From: Candidatus Latescibacterota bacterium
GTDB lineage: Bacteria > Latescibacterota > UBA2968
Length of the DNA: 64,000 nucleotides
Assembly (NCBI GenBank): GCA_965116885.1
Contig: OZ220741.1
Location: 4,448,001 to 4,512,000, forward strand
Reading direction: 5' to 3'
The notes beneath the pieces are model-generated. The model ran no database searches. It saw only the letters and a list, made by a program, of their open reading frames with translations, and was not told the DNA's origin. The position numbers and the translations under genes were made by a program. Shown one piece after another: positions 10,778 through 20,448 of the stretch; position 1 is the first letter of the stretch, and every line of letters begins with the position of its first letter.

Positions 10778-11848
10778 GTGCGTATTTTGAGCCGCTATGT
10801 CGTCGTCCAATTTGCAATGCCCTTTGGCGTCAGTTTGCTGGCTTTTGCCGTTGTTTTTGTCGTCATTGACCTGGTAGATCGCCTCAGCGCATTTATAGAC
10901 CGCGAAGTGGGCCTGGGAATAATTCTATCTTATTATCTCTGCTATTTGCCATATATTGTCGTCCTCGTGCTTCCAATGGCGGTCTTGCTCGCGGGGTTGT
11001 TCTGTATGGGCGGGCTGATACAGCGCGGGGAATTGCTGGCAATGAAAAGTGCCGGCATAAGTCTTTATCAAGTCGTGATTCCATTGCAAATGCTGGCTCT
11101 TGGAATCAGTCTTTTGGCCGCTGCGATGGCCGATCAAGTCGTGCCGCGAGCAAATCGGGCGCGATCGGAAATCGAGCAACCGCGCCAATCAGCACTCGGA
11201 CCTCAGTCCATCCGCGTACAGGTCGCGCTGCGAGATACGGGCAGGCGCGTTTTGTCAATGGTAGAATACGACGCTACGGCTATGAAAGGGCGGCAGGTAG
11301 TCCTCGACAAACATGAAGGCGGGGTGCTCACAGAGCGCGTCCGCGCCGAAGAAGCAGTTTGGGCCGCCTCAGAATGGCATTTTATGAACGGTGATCGGCG
11401 CGTATTTTCAGATGGAAAAGAATTTTATCGCGCATTTCGCGTGTGGGCGGCAAAAGATGTGACCCTGACACCCGAAGACCTCGTCCGCGATGTCGTGCCC
11501 GAAGATCAGATGACGTATTCCGAACTGGCGGACTTTATCCATCGCAAAGCGCGCAACGGCGGTCAGACGCTTCGAGAATCCGTGGCACTTCACATGCGTT
11601 TGGCCTTTCCATTTGCGAACTTCATTATTGCCCTTTTTGGCCTGCCTCTGGCCTCTCGGATGCGACGAACGGGCCGCCCCATTCAAATTGGCATGTGCTT
11701 GCTCATCTGCTTTGCATTTTACGGATGTATTCAACTCGGGCGCGCCATGGGGTGGAACGATGTGCTATCCCCTGCCTGGAGCGCGTGGGGGGCAAATGCG
11801 ATCTTTGGCGCAATCGGGATAGTCACGCTTCTCACAACGCGCAAATAG
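10778..11848 (+). CDS. lptG: LPS export permease LptG
   Basis: GTG start 2 nt after the lptF stop; ILSRYV, ELLAMKSAGIS, LHMRLAFPF, AWGAN. Confidence 0.85.
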   Translation: MRILSRYVVVQFAMPFGVSLLAFAVVFVVIDLVDRLSAFIDREVGLGIILSYYLCYLPYIVVLVLPMAVLLAGLFCMGGLIQRGELLAMKSAGISLYQVVIPLQMLALGISLLAAAMADQVVPRANRARSEIEQPRQSALGPQSIRVQVALRDTGRRVLSMVEYDATAMKGRQVVLDKHEGGVLTERVRAEEAVWAASEWHFMNGDRRVFSDGKEFYRAFRVWAAKDVTLTPEDLVRDVVPEDQMTYSELADFIHRKARNGGQTLRESVALHMRLAFPFANFIIALFGLPLASRMRRTGRPIQIGMCLLICFAFYGCIQLGRAMGWNDVLSPAWSAWGANAIFGAIGIVTLLTTRK

Positions 11849-11859
11849 GCGCTGAGAAT

Positions 11860-11896
11860 AATCCTGTACATCCTTTAATCCCGGGAATCTTGATCC
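11860..11896 (+). repeat. Degenerate ~9-nt tandem repeat (ATCC cores)
   Basis: aatcctgtacatcctttaatcccgggaatcttgatcc; ATCY at 11861, 11870, 11878, 11887, 11893. Confidence 0.55.
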
Positions 11897-13354
11897 ATGT
11901 CCAAAAAATACAATATTCTCCTGATGATCTCCGATCAGCACAGCAAATATCACATTGGTGCTTATGGAGACCCTCTCGTGCGTACGCCCAATCTCGACCA
12001 ACTCGCAGAAAACGGTATGCGCTTCACCAGCGCGTACTGCGCCTCACCCGTTTGCGTGCCCAGTCGCATGTCATTTATGACGTGTCGCACGCCTTCGGCC
12101 AATCGCGTATGGAATAACAGCCATGTGCTACACTCGGGCATCCCCACCTGGGCACACGCCATGGGACTGGCCGGGTATGAAACATCGCTTATTGGGCGGA
12201 TGCACTTCAACGGACACGATCAGCGACACGGCTTTGAAAATCGGCCCTTAGGCGAATATGGCGCCATACATCCGGGTGCAAATAGGCGGGGAGCGCCCCT
12301 CTTTAAAAGCATTTCAACAGCGACCACCGGACAAAATCGCACAGCCATCGAAGTCGCCGGACGAGGATATGGCTCGTATCACGTCTTTGACGAAATGGTC
12401 GCGGAAAGAACCAGTGCTTATCTGCGCGACAAAGCGAAAAATCCAGGCAATCGGCCCTTTGCTGCCGTGGCGGGATTTCTTTTACCTCACTGTCCCTTTA
12501 TCGCGCACAAAGAGCTTTTTGATTATTACTACGACCGCGTCGATATCCCTCAACACACGCCCAATGAACCCGGACCTATTCGCAAATTCAAACAGATTCG
12601 CGGCCTCTATCCCCCCCTCGACGAAGAACGCATCCGCGTTGCCCGCGCCGCTTATTTTGGCATGTGCGAATACCTCGACCTGCAAATCGGGCACATCCTT
12701 CAAACCCTGCGAGAGACGGGTCTTGATCGCAATACTCTGGTCATTTATTGCTCGGACCACGGCGAAATGGCCGGGGAACACGGCTGCTGGTGGAAAAGCA
12801 GCTACTACGAAGGGTCTGTTGGCGTCCCCCTCATCGCAAGTCTCCCCGGCGTGATCGCACCAAATGCGGAAAGCGACCAGATATGTAATCTGATGGACAT
12901 GGGTCCCACCCTGCTCGACATGGCAGATGGAAATCCCATGCCAGACATTCACGGATATTCACTCTGGTCACTACTTACAGGACAAGGATCGGGCGACCAC
13001 CCCAACGAAACATACAGCGAACACCTGGGGCAAGAAGGCATACCCTCGCGTATGATTCGAACGGGGCCCTGGAAATGTTACACATACCACGACAATACTG
13101 CGCCTGTCCTCTACAATCTCGAAGACGATCCAGATGAAATGCGCGACCTGGGTAGCGATTCCAATTATGAACACATCCGCAACCACCTCCTATCCCGCAT
13201 TTTTGAACACTGGGACCCCGAGGATGTACTCAGAGAAAGCGCAGATATTGATCGCGATATACGCCTGATTACCCGCTGGGGACAAGCCATTCAACCCACC
13301 TTACCCGACACCGTCGCAGTACCCGATGATGCCGAAGATATTGAATGCCGATAA
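11897..13354 (+). CDS. Cys-type S1 sulfatase (choline-sulfatase-like), no signal peptide
   Basis: NILLMISDQH, CVPSR signature, SDHGEM, YEGSVGVP, LYNLEDDPDE. Confidence 0.92.
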   Translation: MSKKYNILLMISDQHSKYHIGAYGDPLVRTPNLDQLAENGMRFTSAYCASPVCVPSRMSFMTCRTPSANRVWNNSHVLHSGIPTWAHAMGLAGYETSLIGRMHFNGHDQRHGFENRPLGEYGAIHPGANRRGAPLFKSISTATTGQNRTAIEVAGRGYGSYHVFDEMVAERTSAYLRDKAKNPGNRPFAAVAGFLLPHCPFIAHKELFDYYYDRVDIPQHTPNEPGPIRKFKQIRGLYPPLDEERIRVARAAYFGMCEYLDLQIGHILQTLRETGLDRNTLVIYCSDHGEMAGEHGCWWKSSYYEGSVGVPLIASLPGVIAPNAESDQICNLMDMGPTLLDMADGNPMPDIHGYSLWSLLTGQGSGDHPNETYSEHLGQEGIPSRMIRTGPWKCYTYHDNTAPVLYNLEDDPDEMRDLGSDSNYEHIRNHLLSRIFEHWDPEDVLRESADIDRDIRLITRWGQAIQPTLPDTVAVPDDAEDIECR

Positions 13355-13506
13355 GGCCAACCGCTAATCGCTTGTGTTTTTAAGTGACAAATGACTCTTT
13401 TTTACTTTACTTAACATCCTGAAATTATTCGCTATCGCATTATACACCTTTTGACTGAACAGTTCTGCGAGATGTCTCGGTCATTATTTTTTAGAGGGCA
13501 TATTTT

Positions 13507-16314
13507 ATGCAACGCAAGTTTTTAATCCCAACAATATTTGTCATTGTCATCGGGTTCGCGTGGTTATCATCTTATTATACCGACTGGCTGTGGTTCTCGA
13601 GTCTCGATTTTCAGGCTGTCTTCTGGACCACCCTGAAAGCGCGTTTCCTGTCCGGCATATTTTTTGGTCTGATTGCCGCTGTGGTCATTGGAATCAATCT
13701 CCATTATGTCGGTCGCTTCACCCGCTCCGCGCTCGAAGCAGACGCCTCACTTTACGAAGGCGAAATGCCCGGCGCAAGCCTGTTGCGCTCAAATGCTGGC
13801 TATTTGTTAATCGCCGCAGTCCTCGTCCTCATTATGGGCAATGTCGGCTCTTCACAATGGCCCACCCTGTTGCGTTACTGGTACGGCGGATCATTTGGCA
13901 CTTCCGATCCCATTTTTGGACGCGACGTTGGATTTTATGTCTTTGAATTGCCCTTTTACCAGTTTACAGTTGGTTTCCTCATCGGCACAGTAATCGTATC
14001 AGCTCTGGCATCAGGGGTTATTTACATGGCCACAGGCGGTATTCGCTTGCAGGAACGCATTCAGGTCATGCCGCGTCCCGTCGCACACCTGTCTGCTCTT
14101 GCCGGGCTATTCTTGCTGTTTTCTGCTATCAATTATTACCTCAAAATTTATGGCTTGCTCTATTCTCCAGGCGATGTCTTTTTCGGTGCTGGATTTGTCG
14201 ATGTCAACGTTCAACGCTGGATATACTGGCTCCTCATCATTGCTTTTGTCGCAACTGGCATCATGCTCTTGCGAAACATCAAAGCACGTGAAGCGCGCCC
14301 GCTTCTCATCGGTGTCGGCGTCTTTCTCATTGGGACCATAGGGCTGGGCAGTATCCCGGGTGCTATTGTGCAAAAACTCATCGTAGATCCCACCGAACTT
14401 CAGCGCGAAAGCCCCTACATCAAGAATAACATCGAATTCACGCGAAAAGCTTACGCTCTCGACAGAATTGTGGAACAACCCTTTGAAGCATCTGAGAACC
14501 TTACGGCAGCGGACATTGCCGCCAATCCTTTGACCATTCGCAATATCCGCATCTGGGATGAGCGCCCAATGGTGCAAACCTATCAGCAAGTTCAGGAAAT
14601 TCGCCCCTATTATGTCTTTCCCAGCGTTGATGTTGACCGCTACACCGTGGATGGCGTGTATCGACAGGTCATGCTCTCGGGACGCGAACTCGACACCAAT
14701 CGCCTGCCTGCCCAGGCGCGCAACTGGGTCAATGAAACTCTGCAATATACACACGGATACGGCGTTGCCATGAGCCCGGTTACGCACGTCACCCCCGAGG
14801 GCTTGCCAGAGTTTATGGTCAAAGATATTCCCCCGGTATCCGACGCGGAAGAGCTACAAATTTCCCGTCCAGAAATCTACTATGGCGAACGCACCTACGG
14901 CAACGTGGTTGTCAAAACCAGTGCGGAAGAATTTGACTATCCCAAGCGCGATGGCAATGCGTTTACCACCTACGAAGGCAATGGCGGAGTGCCCATGGGC
15001 AGCCTTATCAACCGCCTGGCATTTACCATTCGCATGATGGACCCCAATTTGCTCTTGAGTAGCTACATCCTGTCTGAGAGCAAAATCATGTACCATCGGC
15101 AAATCGCCCAGCGCGCCCGCGAGATCGCGCCCTTCCTCTTCTTCGACTCCGACCCCTATCTCGTTATCTCCGAAGGTCGTTTGTACTGGATCTTAGATGC
15201 GTACACAACCACCAACATGTATCCCTATTCCAAACGCATGGGACGGTCGCAGATCAACTACATCCGCAATTCGGTCAAGGTCGTTGTGGATGCCTATCAC
15301 GGTTCTGTCACCTTTTATCAGGCAGAAGATGAACCCGTGATTGCCGCGTATGCCGCGATGTTCCCCACCCTGTTCAAATCGATTGATACCATGCCTGCTG
15401 ATTTGCGCGCTCATGTGCGGTATCCCGTTGATCTCTTCCGCATTCAAGCGACGATGTATCGCGAATATCACATGCAAGAAGCCCAGGTGTTTTACAACCA
15501 GGAAGACCTGTGGGAAATTCCAAATGAGATCTACGGCCAAAACGACCGCACACAGCCGATGGAGCCGTATTATATCATCGTCAAATTCCCCGGTGAAGAA
15601 CGCGAAGAATTTCTGCTGCTCGTGCCCTTCACACCCGCAAAAAAGGACAACATGATCGGCTGGTTGGCTGCCCGATGTGACGGGGAAAACTACGGCGACT
15701 TGTTGGTCTATCTTTTGCCGAAAGAAAAACTCATCTTTGGCCCCATGCAACTCGAAGCCCGCATTGACCAACAGCCAGATATATCGAGCCAGCTCACCCT
15801 TTGGGGGCAGGGCGGCTCCGAAGTCATTCGCGGCAATCTTTTGGCCGTGCCCATCGAATCATCCTTCCTATACGTTGAACCCATCTATCTGCAAGCCCGC
15901 CAGGAATCCGAGCAATTCCAACAACAGGGCTTTGAGGGCGAAGGCGGTGGACAGCCTCAGCAAGGACAACCACCGCGTCAACTCCAGCAAAGCACTGCCA
16001 TCCCCGAACTCAAGCAGGTGATCGTAGCATTTGGTGGACAGGTCATCATGCGCGATACATTTGAAGAGGCTCTCAACGAACTGTTTGGCTCTGGCGCAGG
16101 GAAAACCCTGGGGACTTCAAGTTCCGAAGAAACACCCGCGACCACATCAGAACAGCCCGCTGAACGCACCGCTACAGCGTTGGCCTCAGAAGCAGATATG
16201 CAATTCCAGCGCGTGCGGGAATCGCTTCAAAAGTGGGATTGGACAACCGCGGGCGAAGCGATGAAACAACTGGAACAATCGATTCTCGAATTGAAAAAGA
16301 CACTGGAGCAATAA
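13507..16314 (+). CDS. UPF0182-family membrane protein
   Basis: YTDWLWF, DPIFGRDVGFYVF, NIRIWD, YTHGYG, NYIRNSVK, GNLLAVPIESSFLYVEPIYL. Confidence 0.93.
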   Translation: MQRKFLIPTIFVIVIGFAWLSSYYTDWLWFSSLDFQAVFWTTLKARFLSGIFFGLIAAVVIGINLHYVGRFTRSALEADASLYEGEMPGASLLRSNAGYLLIAAVLVLIMGNVGSSQWPTLLRYWYGGSFGTSDPIFGRDVGFYVFELPFYQFTVGFLIGTVIVSALASGVIYMATGGIRLQERIQVMPRPVAHLSALAGLFLLFSAINYYLKIYGLLYSPGDVFFGAGFVDVNVQRWIYWLLIIAFVATGIMLLRNIKAREARPLLIGVGVFLIGTIGLGSIPGAIVQKLIVDPTELQRESPYIKNNIEFTRKAYALDRIVEQPFEASENLTAADIAANPLTIRNIRIWDERPMVQTYQQVQEIRPYYVFPSVDVDRYTVDGVYRQVMLSGRELDTNRLPAQARNWVNETLQYTHGYGVAMSPVTHVTPEGLPEFMVKDIPPVSDAEELQISRPEIYYGERTYGNVVVKTSAEEFDYPKRDGNAFTTYEGNGGVPMGSLINRLAFTIRMMDPNLLLSSYILSESKIMYHRQIAQRAREIAPFLFFDSDPYLVISEGRLYWILDAYTTTNMYPYSKRMGRSQINYIRNSVKVVVDAYHGSVTFYQAEDEPVIAAYAAMFPTLFKSIDTMPADLRAHVRYPVDLFRIQATMYREYHMQEAQVFYNQEDLWEIPNEIYGQNDRTQPMEPYYIIVKFPGEEREEFLLLVPFTPAKKDNMIGWLAARCDGENYGDLLVYLLPKEKLIFGPMQLEARIDQQPDISSQLTLWGQGGSEVIRGNLLAVPIESSFLYVEPIYLQARQESEQFQQQGFEGEGGGQPQQGQPPRQLQQSTAIPELKQVIVAFGGQVIMRDTFEEALNELFGSGAGKTLGTSSSEETPATTSEQPAERTATALASEADMQFQRVRESLQKWDWTTAGEAMKQLEQSILELKKTLEQ

Positions 16315-16337
16315 TCGTCCACCCATTTTCTCAGTTC

Positions 16338-16377
16338 AAACATGGATAGACGGGATAATTCTGTCTATCCATGTTTT
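16338..16377 (+). terminator. Intrinsic terminator-like hairpin
   Basis: 14-bp stem aaacatggatagac/gtctatccatgttt ending in a T run. Confidence 0.7.
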
Positions 16378-16402
16378 CTATGACTCTACAGAAAGGAAAA
16401 AA

Positions 16403-17380
16403 ATGGCTGTAAAAGTAGGATTTATCGGAACTGGCGGCATATCGCGCCCCCACCGGAAACATCTCAAAAATATGGATGACGTGGAAGTGGTGGCAATGTG
16501 CGATCTGGAAGAAGACCGCGTCGCAGAAGCCGCCGAAGAATGGAATGCGATGGTTTATACAGATTATAAAACAATGCTCGAAAACGAAGAAATGGACGCG
16601 CTATACGTATGCATTCCGCCCTTTGCACACGAAGAACAGGAAATCATGGCCGCCGAAAAAGGCATTGCCCTCTTCGTAGAAAAACCCGTGTCTGTCACAA
16701 TGGAAAAAGCCCGCGAAGTCGATGCGGCCATTCGCAAAAACAACGTGGTATCGTGCGTTGGGTTTCAAGGGCGCTATTTAGACATTATCGCACAGACAAA
16801 AGATCTGCTCAAAGACCGCCCCGTTGGCCTGGCAATGGGATACTGGATGGGAGGAATGCCGCAAGTGCCCTGGTGGCGGCGGAAAGAAATGTCGGGTGGC
16901 CAGGCCGTTGAGCAAACCATTCACGTCACCGACATGGCGCGGTATCTCTTTGGCGACGTAAAATCCGTCTATGCAGCCGGGCGCACGGGGCTGATGACCG
17001 ATGTGCCCGACTACAACATCGAAGACAGTAGCGCAGCCACACTCGTCTTTGAAAACGGCCTGGCCGCCACCATCTTCTCGGCGTGTTTTCTATCCGGAGG
17101 ACGCGGCAAAGGCGGCATTGATATCTTCACCAAAGACATGAACATCGAATATCGCGAGCGCAGATCCATCACCATCATTCAAAATGGCAATTCAGAACTG
17201 GTCGAAGTGCAAAACGATTTCTGGCAAGACATGGACAATGACTTCATAGATGCCGTGCGAAAAGGCGACGACTCCGCACTCAAAACCACCTATTCCGATG
17301 CCGTCAAAACACAAGAAGTCGTCATGGCCGTAAATCGTTCAATAGAAACAGGCGAAGTGGTTCTGATATCGGATATGTGA
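16403..17380 (+). CDS. Gfo/Idh/MocA-family NAD(P) oxidoreductase
   Basis: VGFIGTGGI, FVEKP, EQTIHVTD; RBS aaagga. Confidence 0.92.
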   Translation: MAVKVGFIGTGGISRPHRKHLKNMDDVEVVAMCDLEEDRVAEAAEEWNAMVYTDYKTMLENEEMDALYVCIPPFAHEEQEIMAAEKGIALFVEKPVSVTMEKAREVDAAIRKNNVVSCVGFQGRYLDIIAQTKDLLKDRPVGLAMGYWMGGMPQVPWWRRKEMSGGQAVEQTIHVTDMARYLFGDVKSVYAAGRTGLMTDVPDYNIEDSSAATLVFENGLAATIFSACFLSGGRGKGGIDIFTKDMNIEYRERRSITIIQNGNSELVEVQNDFWQDMDNDFIDAVRKGDDSALKTTYSDAVKTQEVVMAVNRSIETGEVVLISDM

Positions 17381-17384
17381 GGAA

Positions 17385-18524
17385 TCACTGTAAAAATCGC
17401 TCGAGGCGATATCGCTCTAAAAAATCTATTCGAGCACCATCCAAAATCTCAATCGCCGCGCACTCGCCGATTAAAGGCGCGAGCGTAACCCCGCTGTGTG
17501 TCACAGACAAATAGAGATTGGGAACCCGCTGAGCAAATCCGAGAATCGGGTGTCCGTCCTTCGGAATTGGCCGTCGGCCGCGCCGGACCTCGCGCACGGG
17601 CACGCCTTCAATTGCCGGCAAAAAACGCGCCACAGCATCGACCACCCGCAGCACTTCTTCATCGGACTGTCCAAGCGAACCACCATCATACACCCGACCG
17701 TGCGCCCCGCCGTGAAGCATCACCGAACCATTGGGCAACTGCCTGAAATTGGTCTGCGGAGGGCAATCGCGGGGCGAATGCACCACCGATACGTTTTCAA
17801 AAACAGGTGGCACAGGCTCTGTCAAAATCGTACATCCAAACGTGTAATACATGGGCACATCGATATCTGCCATTGCCGCGAGACCTGCCGTATCTGCTCC
17901 CCCTGCAAGCACGACCGCATCGCACGCAATCTCTCCCCTATCCGTCACCACAGCCGCTATATCCGACCCCGAACGCGCCAACCCTGTGACACGCGACTGA
18001 AAAAGAATATCCGCACCCCATTCCCGCAACCATTCAACACATGCCCCGACAACAGCCCCCGTATCCGCGTGTCCTTCTATATCCGTATAAGAAGCTGCCG
18101 TCACAACGCCGGGTGTCAAACGCGGCTCTAATGCTCCAATCTCTTCCCCATTCAACAGACGGATGGGATATCCCCACGACTGCAAAATGCCCGCGCGATT
18201 CACAATTTCCCTTGCTCCATCATCCGTAGAAGCCCACCGCAATTCACCACCCCACGTCGCGCTTTGTGGGATACCCAGTCGCTCGACAAACCGCGTCCAC
18301 ATATCCAGCGAGCGCCGATTGAAAAGGTGATAATGTCTGGGATTTTTATCGCGTGCATTCATCCATGCAAAGGATACCGCAGTTGCTGGTTGAACTTTTG
18401 ATTTCTTCCCGGGTTCACCCGCATCAATCAGCGTAACCTTTGCACCGCGTCTCGCCAGATGAAATGCGATTGACGTCCCCACGATACCCGCGCCAATCAC
18501 AGCGATACTTGAAAAATTGTTCAT
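17385..18524 (-). CDS. FAD-dependent oxidoreductase, DAO/glycine oxidase family
   Basis: VIGAGIVG, R.G.RP.P.DG.P..G, THSGVTLAP. Confidence 0.9.
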   Translation of the reverse strand: MNNFSSIAVIGAGIVGTSIAFHLARRGAKVTLIDAGEPGKKSKVQPATAVSFAWMNARDKNPRHYHLFNRRSLDMWTRFVERLGIPQSATWGGELRWASTDDGAREIVNRAGILQSWGYPIRLLNGEEIGALEPRLTPGVVTAASYTDIEGHADTGAVVGACVEWLREWGADILFQSRVTGLARSGSDIAAVVTDRGEIACDAVVLAGGADTAGLAAMADIDVPMYYTFGCTILTEPVPPVFENVSVVHSPRDCPPQTNFRQLPNGSVMLHGGAHGRVYDGGSLGQSDEEVLRVVDAVARFLPAIEGVPVREVRRGRRPIPKDGHPILGFAQRVPNLYLSVTHSGVTLAPLIGECAAIEILDGARIDFLERYRLERFLQ

Positions 18525-18545
18525 TTCCCTTTCACCCTTATACAG

Positions 18546-18578
18546 AAAACGGGTTCGCCTTTGAGGGGAACCCGTTTT
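18546..18578. terminator. Bidirectional-type hairpin between AGCS and DAO genes
   Basis: 11-bp stem aaaacgggttc/gaacccgtttt. Confidence 0.6.
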
Positions 18579-18597
18579 ATCTTACCGCACAGCTCAA

Positions 18598-20139
18598 TTA
18601 TTTATACACAGTCAACTCACCCGCCTTGTAACGTCCCCAGTATTCTTTGAGCACTGCCTTGATCTGTGGACTCAAGATAATGCCACCGATAATATTCGGG
18701 AACGCCATACCCAGAATCATCGCATCGGAAAAATCGAGCACACTCTTTAATGCCGTAACAGCCCCAATAAACACAAAACACACAAAAATAATGCGATAAG
18801 CCAGAATAGATTTTATACCAAAAAGATATTCCCACGCTCGCTCGCCGTAATAAGACCACGAGATCATCGTCGAATACGCAAAAAGCATCACCGCAAATGC
18901 GAGCACATAACGCGCCCCGGGAATAAACGAATCAAATGCCGCAGCCGTCATTTTGGCTCCTACAAGAGACCCGCCCTGTCCCTGAAACTCTGCCAACTGA
19001 TACGCACCCGTAATCATACACACCAATGCCGTCATTGAACATATAATAACGGTATCGATAAAAGGCCCGATCATCGCAACCATACCTTCACGCGCGGGTT
19101 CATCGGTCTGCGCTGCCGCATGCGCAAATGCTGCAGAACCCAGGCCAGCCTCATTTGAAAAAGCCGCCCTGCGTACTCCCTGGACCAGAACTCCCAAGAA
19201 GCCGCCATACATAGCTTCTGGCGTAAATGCCTGTGCAATAATATTCGCAATAAGCGCGGGCACTTCGGTAATGTGCGACAGAATAATGAGGATAGACGTG
19301 AGAACATATAGCCCACACATAAAGGGCACAACGCGCGATGTCACATTGCCAATGCGCTTAATGCCACCAATAATCACAATAGCGACCATCGACGCCATAA
19401 AAAGTCCTATAACCCAGTTATATGCCTTAAACCCCTCGGCCACGGTACCGAGAATTTCAACCGTCTGATTTGCCTGAAACATATTGCCGCCACCCAGAGA
19501 GCCTCCAATCGTCAACAGGGCAAAAATGATGGCAAATGGACGCCCCAGTGCCCTGAGACCCTTTCCTCCAAGACCGTGCTCCAGATAATACATCGGGCCA
19601 CCCGACACGCGGCCATCGGGATGAATTTCCCTGTGCATAACCGCCAGCGTACAGGACGCCAGCTTTGAAGCCATGCCAAAAAATGCCGTGACGACCATCC
19701 AGAAAACAGCACCGGGACCACCGGCACTCACGGCAATGGCTACACCCGCGATATTCCCCAATCCCACCGTTGCAGACAGCGCACTGGTCAATGCCTTAAA
19801 ATGCGAAATCTCACCCGGATGATCGGGATGATCATACCGCCCGCGAATCACATTGAGCGAATGTTTGAATCCGCGAAACGTAATCCAGCCAAAATAAAAA
19901 GAGTAATAGATGCCCCCCCCAACCAGCACAATAACGATCAGTGGTAAGCCCAGACCAAAATCAAAGAAAAAAACCGAAAACAGAAAATTGGCTGCAGCCC
20001 CCAGGTGTTCATTCAACGCGGCGATAAACATCTGTATCCCGCCATCCGATTCACCCGATGATGCTTCCTGTGCAAATGCATACCCGACCACGAACAGCCC
20101 CAGAAGCACGGTGAACAGACAAAATTTTTTAGAAGACAT
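18598..20139 (-). CDS. Alanine/glycine:cation symporter (AGCS family)
   Basis: ALSATVGLGNIAGVA, GGPGAVFWM, GGPMYYL, RAAFSNEAGLGSA, FIDTVIIC. Confidence 0.95.
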   Translation of the reverse strand: MSSKKFCLFTVLLGLFVVGYAFAQEASSGESDGGIQMFIAALNEHLGAAANFLFSVFFFDFGLGLPLIVIVLVGGGIYYSFYFGWITFRGFKHSLNVIRGRYDHPDHPGEISHFKALTSALSATVGLGNIAGVAIAVSAGGPGAVFWMVVTAFFGMASKLASCTLAVMHREIHPDGRVSGGPMYYLEHGLGGKGLRALGRPFAIIFALLTIGGSLGGGNMFQANQTVEILGTVAEGFKAYNWVIGLFMASMVAIVIIGGIKRIGNVTSRVVPFMCGLYVLTSILIILSHITEVPALIANIIAQAFTPEAMYGGFLGVLVQGVRRAAFSNEAGLGSAAFAHAAAQTDEPAREGMVAMIGPFIDTVIICSMTALVCMITGAYQLAEFQGQGGSLVGAKMTAAAFDSFIPGARYVLAFAVMLFAYSTMISWSYYGERAWEYLFGIKSILAYRIIFVCFVFIGAVTALKSVLDFSDAMILGMAFPNIIGGIILSPQIKAVLKEYWGRYKAGELTVYK

Positions 20140-20310
20140 AGACCCTCCTTTGTATCTGATTTATACTCTCCAATGGAAAACGGCATGAGACCAACGAAAG
20201 CATAATACAAACAAATTGGGGTGATGTATAGCACTTTTACACCCTCCGTGACTTTATCCTTGCACTTTCCCCTCGCGTTGAGCAGATTAAATAGCTTACA
20301 AATAAAAATA

Positions 20311-20441
20311 GCCACTTGTATTCGTTTCGTCTATGAACGGGTCTGGGCAACGACTCGTTGTATTCCGCTCCGTCTATTCGTTGATGAACTGGCCTGAGAG
20401 ACAGCCAGTTGTACACCGCTCCGTCTATTCGTCTATTCGTC
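20311..20441 (+). repeat. Tandem hairpin/direct-repeat element upstream of sulP
   Basis: Two 24-nt hairpins (20336-20359, 20387-20410), each followed by an identical 17-mer ccgctccgtctattcgt (20365-20381, 20416-20432); period 51 nt. Confidence 0.8.
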
Positions 20442-20448
20442 CATACAC

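Noticed and set aside
15895..15995. Gln/Gly-rich insert in the UPF0182 protein as an intein or mobile insert
   Set aside because: Short low-complexity loop without intein terminal residues
20140..20410. Glycine riboswitch upstream of AGCS (ctctcagg on the minus strand at 20393-20400)
   Set aside because: The other conserved aptamer elements were not found in the right order, and the octamer lies within the plus-strand hairpin
20311..20441. Mini CRISPR array or integron attC sites
   Set aside because: Only 2-3 degenerate units, the would-be spacers are homologous to each other, no cas or integrase gene; hairpins are too short and lack RYYYAAC/GTTRRRY
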